Shown in pieces: positions 13,431-26,000 of a stretch of DNA of 64,000 nt. The notes beneath the pieces were generated by a model. The model worked only from the letters and a program-made list of their open reading frames with translations, was not told the DNA's origin and did not search any database. The stretch covers positions 79,670,001-79,734,000 of the forward strand of contig OX597819.1 in NCBI GenBank assembly GCA_951406725.2. Reading direction: 5' to 3'. A program made the position numbers and the translations under genes. Position 1 is the stretch's first letter; each line of letters starts with the position of its first letter. This stretch comes from Octopus vulgaris (taxonomy: Eukaryota).

Positions 13431-13920
13431 TATAGTCATTAAACTCCTTTCTGTCTGCAAAAAGTGATACGCTTGGATGCATACCTACGGACAAACACAT
13501 AAACGCACCCAGGCACTTTATTGTCTCTTAAATAATCTTAATGTCCACTCAAACATTTCATCTTCTATCCACTATTTTCACACATACATACATACATACA
13601 TACATACATACATACATACATACATGCATACATACATACATACATACATACATACATACTTACATGCATGAATACATGCATAATTTCATACACACACACA
13701 CATATATATGTACACATACATATGTAAATTAATGTAAACAGCCATGTTCGCATTGTGTTACCAAAATGGAAAACTGTGTCATTAAATGCGACTAGGGAGT
13801 TTGAACACCTACATTGCTAGAAATAAGAGCTAAAACGGTCTAATGCTGTAGTTAAAGCGCATAACTATATACATATATGCTGTGAGGAATTTTAATTGCC
13901 CAAACACCGATCCAGAATTC

Positions 13921-13970
13921 CTTATACTGACCGAACAGTTTCGGCTATATACGTAACATCATCAGTAAAG
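13921..13970 (-). ncRNA. Degenerate type I hammerhead ribozyme motif
   Basis: Minus strand reads CTTTA-CTGATGA-tGTTAcgtataTAGCc-GAAAC-tgttcg-GTC-AGTATAAG; core boxes are intact, but stem I is out of register and pair 10.1-11.1 is mismatched. Confidence 0.55.
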
Positions 13971-14160
13971 ATCTCTCGGCTGATACCGGGCTTAATTCCC
14001 TCTCAGTATATATGTACTCACCATAAAAAAACGTATGGATAATTTAGCGAATCGCTAATGTGCATACAAAAATTAATATAAACAGCCATGTGCAATATTT
14101 ACAGAAAGGAAAAACTGTAAATGTCACTAAATGCGACGAGGGTGTCAGGACGCGTATATG

Positions 14161-14228
<68 letters not shown>

Positions 14229-14251
14229 CATATATATATATATATATATAC

Positions 14252-14343
<92 letters not shown>

Positions 14344-14357
14344 ACATATATATGCAT

Positions 14358-14869
14358 GGAGGATTAAAGTTGGGAACAAAAACAAGATAGTGGTGACATA
14401 CAAGGAAACCGACCGAAAACAAACATGGAGGATCGTTAGACCAGAACGAGGGTAAAGTAGCAAAAACTGGAGACATAATTTCTTTGATTAGAGAAAGGAT
14501 AGAAGAGAGAGATATAAGATACGCCCAGTCCTTGGGACATTCTTTCTCTAATTCCTCTTTGGTCCCCTTTACCATTTCTATCTGTTTCTCTGTCCCCCTC
14601 TTTCTACTTTACTCGCTCTCGTTGCTCACTCGTGACCATCGTCCATCCTTCTTTTCTTCACGCGATCATCTTTCTTTACTTTTAGGTCTGTCCTAAGGAC
14701 TGGACGTATCCTATCACGCTCTTTTCTATCCTTTCCCTTATCAAAGAAAACTTTTCTTTTACACTTGTTCTGGTCTAACGACCCTCCATGTTTGTTTTCG
14801 TTATATGTTTTGTTTTCGTTACCTTATATGTCTCCACTGTCCAGTTTTTGTTCCCAAATTTAACACTCC
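14358..14869. repeat. Diverged long inverted repeat (arms 14358-14539 and 14689-14869) of an unclassified repeat family
   Basis: aaagttgggaacaaaaac...gaaaacaaacatggaggatcgttagaccagaac...cagtccttgggaca mirrored by tgtcctaaggactg...gttctggtctaacgaccctccatgtttgttttc...gtttttgttcccaaattt; solo fragment at 12410-12465. Confidence 0.85.
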
Positions 14870-15167
14870 TTAAATCCCAAATTTTATTTTGGTACTTATG
14901 GGAGAAACTGTCTTCGAAGAATCATATTAGCTGTAAGCTAATGAAGTTCATTACATCACTTTTGTTTTTTCGGTGTCATCTCTTTCTTCCTATTATCACT
15001 CTATATTCATCTAATATTGTTTTCTGCATCATATGTATATTGAGTTCCACACCAGGTTACTAGTTTCGCTATACCTAAGCGAAATATTGATATATATATT
15101 TTTATACACACACGTACGCAGGCGCGCGCACACACACACAATAAATCTCATGTCTTAGAAAATATTA

Positions 15168-15590
15168 GGTGCAATTGCTTAGGCAAAATGTGATGTCTAC
15201 TTTCTGGTTGATTTCTAGTAGTAACTGTTTTTTGCAAATGTAATGTTGTGACGGAGACCAATACTTATGCTTATATCGGCTGTTCCGTAAATCTCAAGGA
15301 GCATTTACGTAATCACCATTATTCCGTTAAATTGAGACTTAAAGCAGCCATAACTTCTCTAGCCACGAAGATTTGGAAACTCAAGGACGTCAATGTTAAT
15401 TTTGATTTGAGTTGGGATATCATTAGGGTCGCTAAACTGTACTCAAACAACACATGCGGGTGCAGGCTTTGCTGCATGGAGCTGTTTGAAATTTTAAAGA
15501 GTTCAAATAATTAAAATGTAATAAACAATAAACTAGACCTTTGTCTTTACTTTATACATAAGGCTGCCCGCACCTTTAAATATTTTAAGG
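15168..15590 (+). pseudogene. Penelope-like (Neptune-type) GIY-YIG endonuclease remnant
   Basis: ORF 15248..15514 YAYIGCSVNLKEHLRNHHYSVK...TSLATKIWKLKD...LSWDII...CRLCCMELFEI; upstream decayed CNC..C.L.G linker. Confidence 0.85.
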
Positions 15591-16830
15591 GCATAAACAT
15601 CCTCTATAATAGGTCCTAACCTAGAGCAAATCTAATTTACTCCCTCTACTGTTGCCCCAGAAGTCGATTGATGTACTTAATCGTTTGAGTCCTTCTAGTC
15701 TCGTTCTTCTTTGCCATTACTTCCTAATCACACTTACTATACTTGCATGGTATGCTATATTGAAGGAACTAACCATTCTATTTGTGGTGTACCCAGCATT
15801 ATGCATTAGCGATAGCGAAAATATCCAACCTAAAAGTAGCAGCCTGTACTCTCTACCCAGTTCTTTTCTAATTTCACTGATACAGTTATTTTGATGCGCA
15901 TGTTAAATAACAGATGGAAGACACTATCCAAACCTCTTACCCGCAACTTTTGTCCGGAGTTGCATTACCTGATTCATACAATGGTGTTTAAATAATATAA
16001 ACGCCACCCATATAACATTCCAAATAGTTAACCATTAGACTACTTCCTACAGCCGGCTTTCTTTGATATCCGATATGGTGTTTCCTCTAACTCGGTACTA
16101 GGGGTAGTTTATTATATAACTCCCTCTTTCTTTGAACTCCTTAATGATACGTAGTGCTCTATTACTAACAGGTTTTTTTCTCTGCAGGCAAACATGTCCT
16201 TATATTCCAAGCGGTCTCTACTAATCCATATAACATATTCGTATCGAAAACAACACCCTACATCTTTCCACTTTACCAGATAAATCAATCGCGCAAAACA
16301 ATAAAATTCGTTAACAGTTAGAACTTATCATTCGATTGCTTCCGTACCCTCCCCCAACGTCTAACCTACATCCACAGAATACCCCTAAATTCTGTGTATC
16401 TCTGCCTTCCTCCCTTTGTTATTTAGCCTTAGCTAGCGAATCCTAAACCACGACTCTATACCTAATTGGCTTTATTTATTCATTTATTTTTCTTCATTTT
16501 AAACTTTTGTGTTCTTTATCCTTTCTTTATTGCTTATCCTTACATTATCTTCGGTCCTCTCCCAGCTACCCAATTCTCTAAGACTAATATAATAAAATAT
16601 CACCTACACCCCATTCTAGCCTACCAAGGAACTAGTCTTGCAGACTCCTATCTCACCTTAAATATCATATTACACCCTTTCACAAATAATATTCTTAACT
16701 TAACCCCGCTCCTTAATGCCTACAACAGCCAACTTTGCTGGTCATTCTCCCATTTCGTAGTTAGGCTCGGCAGACCTCAGCCACGCCCCTGATGTATTCT
16801 TATGAATATTCTCTTGTTTGTAAATTGCAT

Positions 16831-16913
16831 TTCGTCTGATGGTTACGGTTTATATAATGAAGTAATGTTCTCAATCTTCTATTTTAAAATGTGTAAGAAA
16901 CAGCTGTAACGAA
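16831..16913 (+). ncRNA. Type I hammerhead ribozyme motif (variant core CUGAUGG, long stem II insert)
   Basis: Stem I TTCGT(16831-35)/ACGAA(16909-13); CTGATGG; stem II TTAC/GTAA; GAAAC-AGCT-GTA with palindromic stem III. Confidence 0.7.
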
Positions 16914-16946
16914 CTGACAATTGTCCATTGTCTGTTATTATTCATT

Positions 16947-17025
<79 letters not shown>

Positions 17026-17334
17026 TGTATATATACATATATATAAGAAAATGAGATGACAAAAGAATAAACGATTCTCTCATGAATTCGTTAGTTTCGT
17101 TAGTTGTTTCTGTTATAAGAGTCGGTGGAGTCTTATTTGAGTGCGTGAGTAACATCTTATAGCTTCATCGGAGCCTCAAAGAGAAAGTGCAATTTATTAT
17201 GGGAAAACAATTACATTTATACCTATACATACATACATACATACATACATACATACATGCATTTATATATATATATATATGTATATGTATGTATGTATAT
17301 AAATATATATTTATGTATATATGTATATATGTAC

Positions 17335-17366
<32 letters not shown>

Positions 17367-17652
17367 TTCAACAATTGAGGGTAAAATTAATTAATTATTA
17401 ATTAATTTCACCAAGTGTTCAGTATGCAAAGGGACCATTTAAGGCGAATTCAAATTATTACAATATATAAAAGGGCTTAGTAAAATAAATTACTTTGCCG
17501 CATACTGAACTCATTAGAAATAGCAGCTAAAAAACTTTTTTAAAAACCATTTCTAATACTTAAAGAAAATCTCTCTCGTATAGTGTTTGGTCAACTCAAC
17601 TCACGAAAGTTTGGGGGTAAAGACATAAAAAAAATCAAATGCAAAGGTTATT

Positions 17653-17704
17653 TGAGAACGTACGTTTCAAGATTAGTCATCAAGACACTTCTATCATCAG
17701 CTCA
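17653..17704 (-). ncRNA. Type I hammerhead ribozyme
   Basis: Exact reverse complement of 18294-18345. Confidence 0.75.
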
Positions 17705-18293
17705 GAAACTCCATGGTTTGGATTTGAAAACACTGAAAGTGAGAGCATACTCTTTCGGCCTCTCATCGCCTTTGAAGATCTGCTCGTAACTAACAGTGCC
17801 AACAAACTCAAACATGCAAGCGAAGAATTTCTGTCCTCCCCTTTCCACCAGCGTGGGTTAAAATCAACAAACACTCTGCTTATTTCGGTAAAATCCGAAG
17901 CATTAATTAGAGGGAGATTAATTATAATTTCAACAATTGAGGGTAAAATTAATTAATTATTAATTAATTTCACCAAGTGTTCAGTATGCAAAGGGACCGT
18001 TTAAGGCGAATTCAAATTATTACAATATATAAAAGGGCTTAGTAAAATAAATTACTTTGCCGCATACTGAACTCATTAGAAATAGCAGCTAAAAAACTTT
18101 TTTAAAAACCATTTCTAATACTTAAAGAAAATCTCTCTCGTATAGTGTTTGGTCAACTCAACTCACGAAAGTTTGGGGGTAAAGACATAAAAAAATCAAA
18201 TGCAAAGGTTACGAGCAGATCTTCGAAGGCGATGAGAGGCCGAAAGAGTATGCTCTCACTTTCAGTGTTTTCAAATCCAAACCATGGAGTTTC

Positions 18294-18345
18294 TGAGCTG
18301 ATGATAGAAGTGTCTTGATGACTAATCTTGAAACGTACGTTCTCA
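18294..18345 (+). ncRNA. Type I hammerhead ribozyme
   Basis: TGAG-CTGATGA-tAGAagtGTCttgatGACtaaTCTt-GAAAC-GTAC-GTT^CTCA: stem I TGAG/CTCA, canonical core, palindromic AACGTACGTT stem III, U-U at 10.1/11.1. Confidence 0.75.
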
Positions 18346-18527
18346 AATAACCTTTGCATTTGATTTTTTTTATGTCTTTACCCCAAACTTTCGTGAGTTG
18401 AATTGACCAAACACTATACGAGAGAGATTTTCTTTAAGTATTAGAAATGGTTTTTAAAAAAGTTTTTTAGCTGCTATTTCTAATGAGTTCAGTATGCGGC
18501 AAAGTAATTTATTTTACTAAGCCCTTT

Positions 18528-18570
<43 letters not shown>

Positions 18571-18575
<5 letters not shown>

Positions 18576-18730
18576 ATATCTCCACTATCGCGGGGGTTCC
18601 AAAACCACCCACGATAGATGAAAATCCACGAAGTAGAAACAGTACTGTACTGTATATTTTTTTAATTATTTTTTATAATTTCTATATATTAGGAAATTAA
18701 GAGTGAAATGTCCGATTTTAAAGTGAAAAT
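18571..18730 (+). mobile_element. Tigger/pogo-like DNA transposon end fragment
   Basis: TA followed by CAG..ATCTCCACTATCGCGGGGGTTCCAAAACCACCCACGATAG, resembling Tigger-type termini; no matching second end found. Confidence 0.45.
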
Positions 18731-18736
18731 TTATAT

Positions 18737-18780
<44 letters not shown>

Positions 18781-19449
18781 GGTCTCCCGCGCGGTTCCTG
18801 TCTACTGAATTCACTGACAAGGCATTGTGAGGCCTGGGTCTTTAGAAGAAGACACCTGCGGAAGATGCCACCAGGCACTGTGACTACACTCGATGCCTGT
18901 GGATGCAAAGCAATTTTAATCACATAGTCATGCCTCAGTATTTGTAATAAGATTTCACTTGTGGGAGCGAACCTAGCAAGTCCTATGGCAAAACAATATC
19001 TTCCTTAAGCACAGACTCGTTGCACAAAATCTCGTTCTCCCTTACCAAAACTGTCCGCATCCCACCGGCATACAATATCGTCGGAGCCGGTGCCATTGTT
19101 ATACACCAATTGTCGCCAATTCTTCAACAAAAATGACATTTTAATTATATATCAGGATTCGGAATGGAATATAAACAATCAAATATAGAACCGTGAGAAC
19201 AGTATGGAAGGAACACTGCGGAGAGCATTCTGCAGGCACAATTATTAATAGAGATATAAAGAAATGTTGTATACATAATCAATTCGTAAAATTACGAATG
19301 GTACAAAACCCTATATTGGTGCATGCTGAAAAGTTTCCCCTAAGTTGTGTAGAGAATTGTACTGCACACAAGAGACGGAAGACAATGCAGCACTGTGAAA
19401 ATCCTATTCCACAGTGATAGTGGGTTTACATAACTACTCACACACACAA

Positions 19450-19500
<51 letters not shown>

Positions 19501-19567
19501 TGTATATATACATGTAGAGGTAGGTACGTACATATATGTTTATATATATATGCATATGTTTTATTTA

Positions 19568-19610
<43 letters not shown>

Positions 19611-19612
<2 letters not shown>

Positions 19613-19947
19613 TGAGACCCCTTTCGGTCATGACTGACCATGGGATTGCACCTAGAAAGTTACCCTCCCAGGCACAAGTCCGGACAAGGTTGTTTATGGA
19701 AGACCTATAGTCGTCCATGGATACCGGCCTCCCCTCTCCACGCCACCAGTGTTATCCAAGGGAAAGGCAAAGGCCGATATAGCTTGGCACCTGTGACGTC
19801 GCAACTCATTTCTATAGCTGAGTGAACTGGAGAAAAGTGAAATAAATTGTCTTACTCAAGAACACAACACGCTGCCAGGACCGGGATTCGAACTCACAAC
19901 CTCACGATCTTAAACTCGACGCTCTAACCACTGAGCCATGCGACCTC
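19611..19947 (-). mobile_element. tRNA-derived SINE family C
   Basis: Minus strand head GCATGGCTCAGTGGTTAGAGCG (A box) ... GAGTTCGAATCCCGG (B box), then gtgttgtgttcttgagtaagac body; related head at 57140-57275. Confidence 0.8.
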
Positions 19948-20235
19948 GTATATACATATATATATATATGCGTGTGTGTGTGTGTGTATAAATATACCCA
20001 TATACATACACATATATGTTCATATATATTTATATATACATACACGATGAGCTTTCGGTTTACCATTTTACAAATCCACGCACAAAATTTTGGTCGGCCC
20101 GCGACTATAGGTCAAGACACTTTCCAGTGGGACTGAAACCTTCATCATGTACTTGGGTAGCACGCTTCTTACTTGATGGAAATTCTTGCTGACGAGCGCG
20201 CACACACACATACACACACACATACATACATACAA

Positions 20236-20278
<43 letters not shown>

Positions 20279-20363
20279 TATATACTTACGTGTGTATACA
20301 TCTGTATGTATATATGTAATATATGTATTTATAGGTATAAAGATATATATTATAAATAGATGA

Positions 20364-20459
<96 letters not shown>

Positions 20460-21392
20460 ATATATGTGCATATATGTGTGCGTGTGTATGTATGCGTTTA
20501 TATGACGTAATATGTACATATTTATAACGATAAAAGGAAAAAAGTTCTGAACAAATGTAGACATCACTTCTTTATATGTATGTATTATACACACACTCAC
20601 ACACATACGTATATATGTATGTATGTATGTATATATATATATAAATAGTCTTTGAATTTTCTTAAGGAAAATGAGATGAAATGCTGCTTCAAACCTTTTA
20701 TCTTTTTTTTTTCTTGTGATGTTGTTTTGCGCTCCAGAGTCAATCTCTGTCCCTGAGGAGAATTCGAAATGTTTTTATATTTGTATATAAATATAGAAAG
20801 AAACAGTACCTGAGTTACTTCAAACTAATTTTTCTTTTCATTTTATTATTATGCTACTCAGCGCATTGCCAAGAACTTTTCTTCATATAAACATGAGCAT
20901 AGGCGCGCGTGTTTGCTTGTATGTATGTATACATCAAACAAATACATCATCGCGGTGTTACTTTTTTAACATTTATTTATTAACTTACAAAAAAATATTA
21001 TAAGTATAAAAGAAATCGACAATGTAGATTTCCATTCATTTCCCAGTAATTATTTTGGACTTAGACACAAAACTTACAATTCTGTGGGAGTGTATAAGAC
21101 AATGCTATAGATCTCAATACTTCATTGTGTTGTTTCATCGATCCCAGAGTGATGACCGATGATCACTGCGACCAGATTTGAACTCATGGCAGAAAGAACT
21201 GGAAAATAATGCCACGAAGCATTTTGTCCAACACTCTATCGATTCTGGCGATCTACCATCTGTTTCTCTTCTAGGAAGAGCCCCAAAACATTTCTTAAAA
21301 TTTCTGTAGCATGGAAATGATCCTATGAACCCTGTTCCAATTTTGACGAAGATTTTTAGAAATTTTATAGTAGATAGTAATAGAAGATAGAA

Positions 21393-21755
21393 TAGGCGCA
21401 GGCGTGGCTGTTTGGTAAGAAGATTGCTTTCCAACCACATAATCCCAAGTACAGTCCCACTGAGGGGAACTTAAAACAAATGTCTTCTACTATAGCCTCC
21501 AGCCGACCAAAGCCTTTATGTGTTAGTGTATCTTTGTGTTTGTTTCCCTGCCATCGCTTGAGAAACGATACTGGTGTGTTAATGTCCCGTAACGTAGCTG
21601 TTCGGCAAAATAAACCGTTATAATAAATACTAGGCTGTCAAAGAATAAGTCCTGAGGGGTGGTCGATTTCTTCGACTAAAACCCTTTAAGGCAGTGTTCC
21701 AGCATGACCACAGTCAAATGACTGGAACAATTAAAAGAATAAAAGAGTAAAAAAG
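21393..21755 (+). mobile_element. SINE family A
   Basis: aggcgcaggcgtggctgtttggtaagaag...tail cagcatgaccacagtcaaatgactggaac. Confidence 0.85.
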
Positions 21756-21879
21756 GATCATTAATAATGCATTTTTTTTTTCCTTTTGAGTGTCAATTCT
21801 TCGAATGGCTAAAATGGTTAATTGTTGTGGTTTAAGCAGATAATCTCGGGTCAAGTCAGTTGTTTTATATATGTCTTTA

Positions 21880-22720
21880 AATATTGGCTTCATATTTTGG
21901 AACAAGGTCAATAATTTCGGGAGAGACGAATCGATTATATCGGCCCTAGTGCTAAACTGGTACTTATGTTATTAACACCGAAATGATGAAAGGCAAAGCT
22001 GACCTCAGCAGCATTTGGACGCGGGCATAAAGCTGCTAAGTATTTTTCCCGGCGTGCTAACGATTCTCCCAGCCCATCGCCTTCTTTCTATATTAATTTC
22101 AAATTTTGACACAAGGCCAGCAATTTCGGGAGATGGGGTGCATCGATTACATCGACCTCAGTAATTAACTGGTACTTATTTTACCGACGCCGATAAAGAT
22201 AAAGGCAAAGTCGACCTCGGCGGAATTCGAACACAACGTAAAGACAGACGAAATGTCGCTAAGACTTTTGCCCAGCGTGTTAACGATTCTGCCAGCTTGC
22301 CGCTTTATATGCGTTCAAATTTTTTTCTACAATAGGCACCAGGCCTGAAATTTGAGGGATGGGGGCTAATCGATTACATCCACTTCAGAGTTCAACTGGT
22401 GTTTTTTTTTATCGATCCCGAAATAATGAAAGGCAAAGACGACCTCAGTGGAATTTAAACACAGAACATAAAGACAGGCTAAATGCCGCTAAGATTTTTG
22501 CCCGGCGCGTTAACGATTCTGCCAGCTCACCGATTTATATTTATTTAAATATTCTTTTCTACAGTAGATACAAGGCCGGAAATTTTGGAGGGAGGAGGCC
22601 AGTCGATTAGATCGATCCTAGTACGCAACTGGTATTAAATTAATTGTTCACGAAAGGATGAAAGATAAAGTCGACCTCAGCGGAATTTGAACTCAGAACG
22701 TAAAGACAGACGAAATACCA
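21880..22720 (-). mobile_element. Four head-to-tail SINE family B copies
   Basis: Repeated units with aactggtact...gaaaggcaaagtcgacctc..cggaattt; the first three end in taacgattctgccagct and the fourth is truncated. Confidence 0.85.
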
Positions 22721-23397
22721 TATCTATTTAAATATTAATCGACAAATCTGTGAGAGGTAACCATTCCTGCGATCAAGTGGAAACTTAGGTGTTGCAGCAC
22801 AGTGAGTGTGACTTTATTTCACATACGTACATCGCTAATTAATGCTTTTGAGAAAGACAAACCTTACGGTCTGCAATTCCCAATTACTTCAATTAGCGTA
22901 AAAATGGAATTATGTGACGTTAATGTATTTTTTGAAATGCTGTAGCATCTGAAGAGAAGTGAGATGATTTCAATCCCAGGTCTGAAACCATAACACCGAT
23001 TCTTTCTCACAACAGGGGTGTATGTCTTGCGTTGAAGTATTTTATCACTGACAGAATGATGAAATTAAAAGGAGATATTAATGTTATTGAAACATAAATC
23101 TTTGTTCAAAATTTAGTCACGCACACACAAACATACACACACACATACGCATACACACTTACACACACAGAAACACACACACACATACACACACACACAT
23201 TCATACATACAAGCATACACTTACACACATTCATGCAAAAGTGCTGACAGACACACGCTCACATGCACACATACACACCGCATTTGTAAATGTATATGTA
23301 TATATACATACAACTGCATATGTCGATAAGCCTATGTATATGTATATACTATTTATGTATGTATATACTATGCTACACATGTATGTATGTATATATG

Positions 23398-23429
<32 letters not shown>

Positions 23430-23482
23430 AGTTTGTATGTGTATATATGTACATACACACACACACATACACATCCACACAT

Positions 23483-23519
<37 letters not shown>

Positions 23520-23846
23520 CATACATACATATATATGCATGTATACACACATATGTACATACACACATACATGCATACACATAAACAAGACCAATATATG
23601 TTTGATATGATAACTTACATAGATTTCGTGGTACATCAGTAACGTTATACACAGACAAACACAGAACACACAAACACACACACACACACGCCACACGTAC
23701 TATCTTTCTTTTTTCTTCCCCTCTCTCTCTCACGCACACACATTCGTTCACGTTGCACGGTGTTCCTGTTATTGCTTTTGTTGTCATTGTTGCTATGGTT
23801 GTTGATGTTCTTGTTAGTGGTGTTGATGTTGTTTTTGTTTTTGTAT

Positions 23847-23902
<56 letters not shown>

Positions 23903-24039
23903 TAATCCTTTCTTTATATTTTGATCGTGTTGTTTCGTTTTCGCAAGGTTTGCTACATCATCTGATGGTGCTGTATCGAATGACTTATAGTTCCCTGGTA
24001 ATTGCATTAAGGTAATAAACATATTTCTGTATTAAAAGT

Positions 24040-24510
<471 letters not shown>

Positions 24511-25191
24511 TCAAATGAATAAATAAAAATGCAACAAAATATAATATATACATTTATTTCAATTAGGATCAAAATTTCATTGATGAATGGAATTCTTGAG
24601 ATGAGCGGCGGTTCTACTACACGCTGAGGCAAAATATTAAGGAATTACAGGCAAGGCTGTGTGTATGTTAGAATGTGTGTGTCCGTATGTATGCATGTGT
24701 GAGAGTATAGTGAGCTGTGTGTTTGGTGTATTGTGCACGTATGGAGTGTTATGTGTATGGTGTGTGTGTGTGTCTTCGTGTATGTTAGATTCTACTCCGT
24801 GTGTGTACGTGGGATGTGTCTATGTTGTGGTATATATATATATATATATATATGTATTATAAGATACGTGCGTATGTATGCACAGCGTATGCATATGCTG
24901 TGTTGTGTGTATATGGTTGCTGTATACGCATGTTGTTTTGTGTATGTGTATGGTGCAGCATTTGTGGTGTGTGTGTTGAATTGAGTGATAGTGTATATAT
25001 GTATATGTTGTTGTGCATTATGTGGTGCGCGCATGGTAAGATGTGTGTGTATATGTTGAAGTGCTCTATAGCGAATGGTGTGTATGTTTGAATGAGTGAA
25101 GTGTGTGTATGTACGTTTCTGAATAGATATGCGTACGTGTATGTGTATGTGTGTATATGTACGTGTATGCCTGTAGCCGTGCATTTATATA

Positions 25192-26000
25192 CAGGGTGTT
25201 CGGGCTAAATTTGACAGTTTTCATAAAAGGAAAAGAAACTTAATAGCCCATCCCAAAATAAAAGCATCTTTTAAAAATCATGAATATATGAACTAAATTA
25301 TGGGTGGGAGAAACAGCTTACTCAAAGTAGCCGCCCTCAGTTTCGATTACAGCCTCAAAAGGATCCGGAACTTGGCGCATGCGTTCTTCACTGTGTCCCT
25401 GGAAGATCTTCGAATACTTACGTGATATTGGCAACCAGCTCGGTTTTGGTTGTATCTTTCTCAACAGCACTCCGCATATACTAATCTTGGCCACCAGTTC
25501 GGCTTTGGTTGTGTCTTTCTCAACAGCACCCTGCACATACTAATCTATGAGGTTACCATCTGGGGAATTAAGAGGCCAAAAATTGGGGCTGGTAAGGTCA
25601 TAGAAATTCTCCGACATCCCCATATGACTCTTTCTGGAGGAATGACAAAGAGCCGAATCCTGCTGTTAAACATGGCATTTCAGCAGCAACTCTCTCCAGC
25701 CAGGGATTGACCAATCTCCACAAGTTTTATATAACCGTCTGAACTGAGTCGAAGACTTATTAAAATATTCGAGGATGAATCCCGGCGCGTGAAGGCAGTC
25801 AGAAGGTCTGCTATATCCTTTCCTTGCTGGCAATGGCTTCGTAGTATCCGTTTTTAGCCCTTATTCCCCTTACAGTGTTCACAGAGCATTCAGGAGCAAT
25901 CATAATATCGGCATTTTGATTCCTGGCGCGAATCATTGTGATACACGTAACTCTTTTCCAATTGTCAGATGGCTTCCAAATCCTCCATGCCTCTAATCTT
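25192..26000 (-). mobile_element. Tc1/mariner-superfamily (maT/Tc1-like) transposon remnant
   Basis: TA|CAGGGTGTTCGGGCTAAATTTGACAG terminus; transposase C-terminus FEAVIETEGGYFE* (ORF 25318..25536); same terminus at 49952. Confidence 0.7.

Larger units (their letters stand above)
15150..16950 (+). mobile_element. 5'-truncated Penelope-like retroelement (GIY-YIG end, long 3' region, terminal hammerhead)
   Basis: GIY-YIG remnant at the left end and a same-strand hammerhead motif at 16831-16913; bounded by microsatellites; continuity of the middle is inferred. Confidence 0.7.
17365..18535. mobile_element. Non-coding tandem plus inverted repeat element (562-bp unit), retrozyme/Penelope pLTR-like, inserted in (TA)n
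   Basis: 17365-17650 is repeated directly at 17927-18211; 17462-17790 is repeated inverted at 18208-18535; only a few differences; contains hammerheads. Confidence 0.85.

Noticed and set aside
17639-18359. Duplicated ORFs MQRLFENVRFKISHQ on both strands
   Set aside because: By-product of the inverted duplication; no recognisable protein
19860-19947. tRNA gene
   Set aside because: A and B boxes are present, but the sequence continues into a SINE body and lacks a full cloverleaf
20750-20815. CTGAGGA-GAATTC-GAAA motif
   Set aside because: No stem III, cleavage site or stem I partner found
21880-22720. CRISPR-like regular repeats
   Set aside because: Units are about 200-bp SINE copies in eukaryotic DNA, not short repeat-spacer arrays
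22945-22995. CTGAAGA...GAAAC with partial stem II
   Set aside because: No cleavage triplet or stem I; at best highly decayed
24556-24650. Possible small exon after an acceptor-like TTTCAATTAG
   Set aside because: Stops in all three frames before any convincing donor
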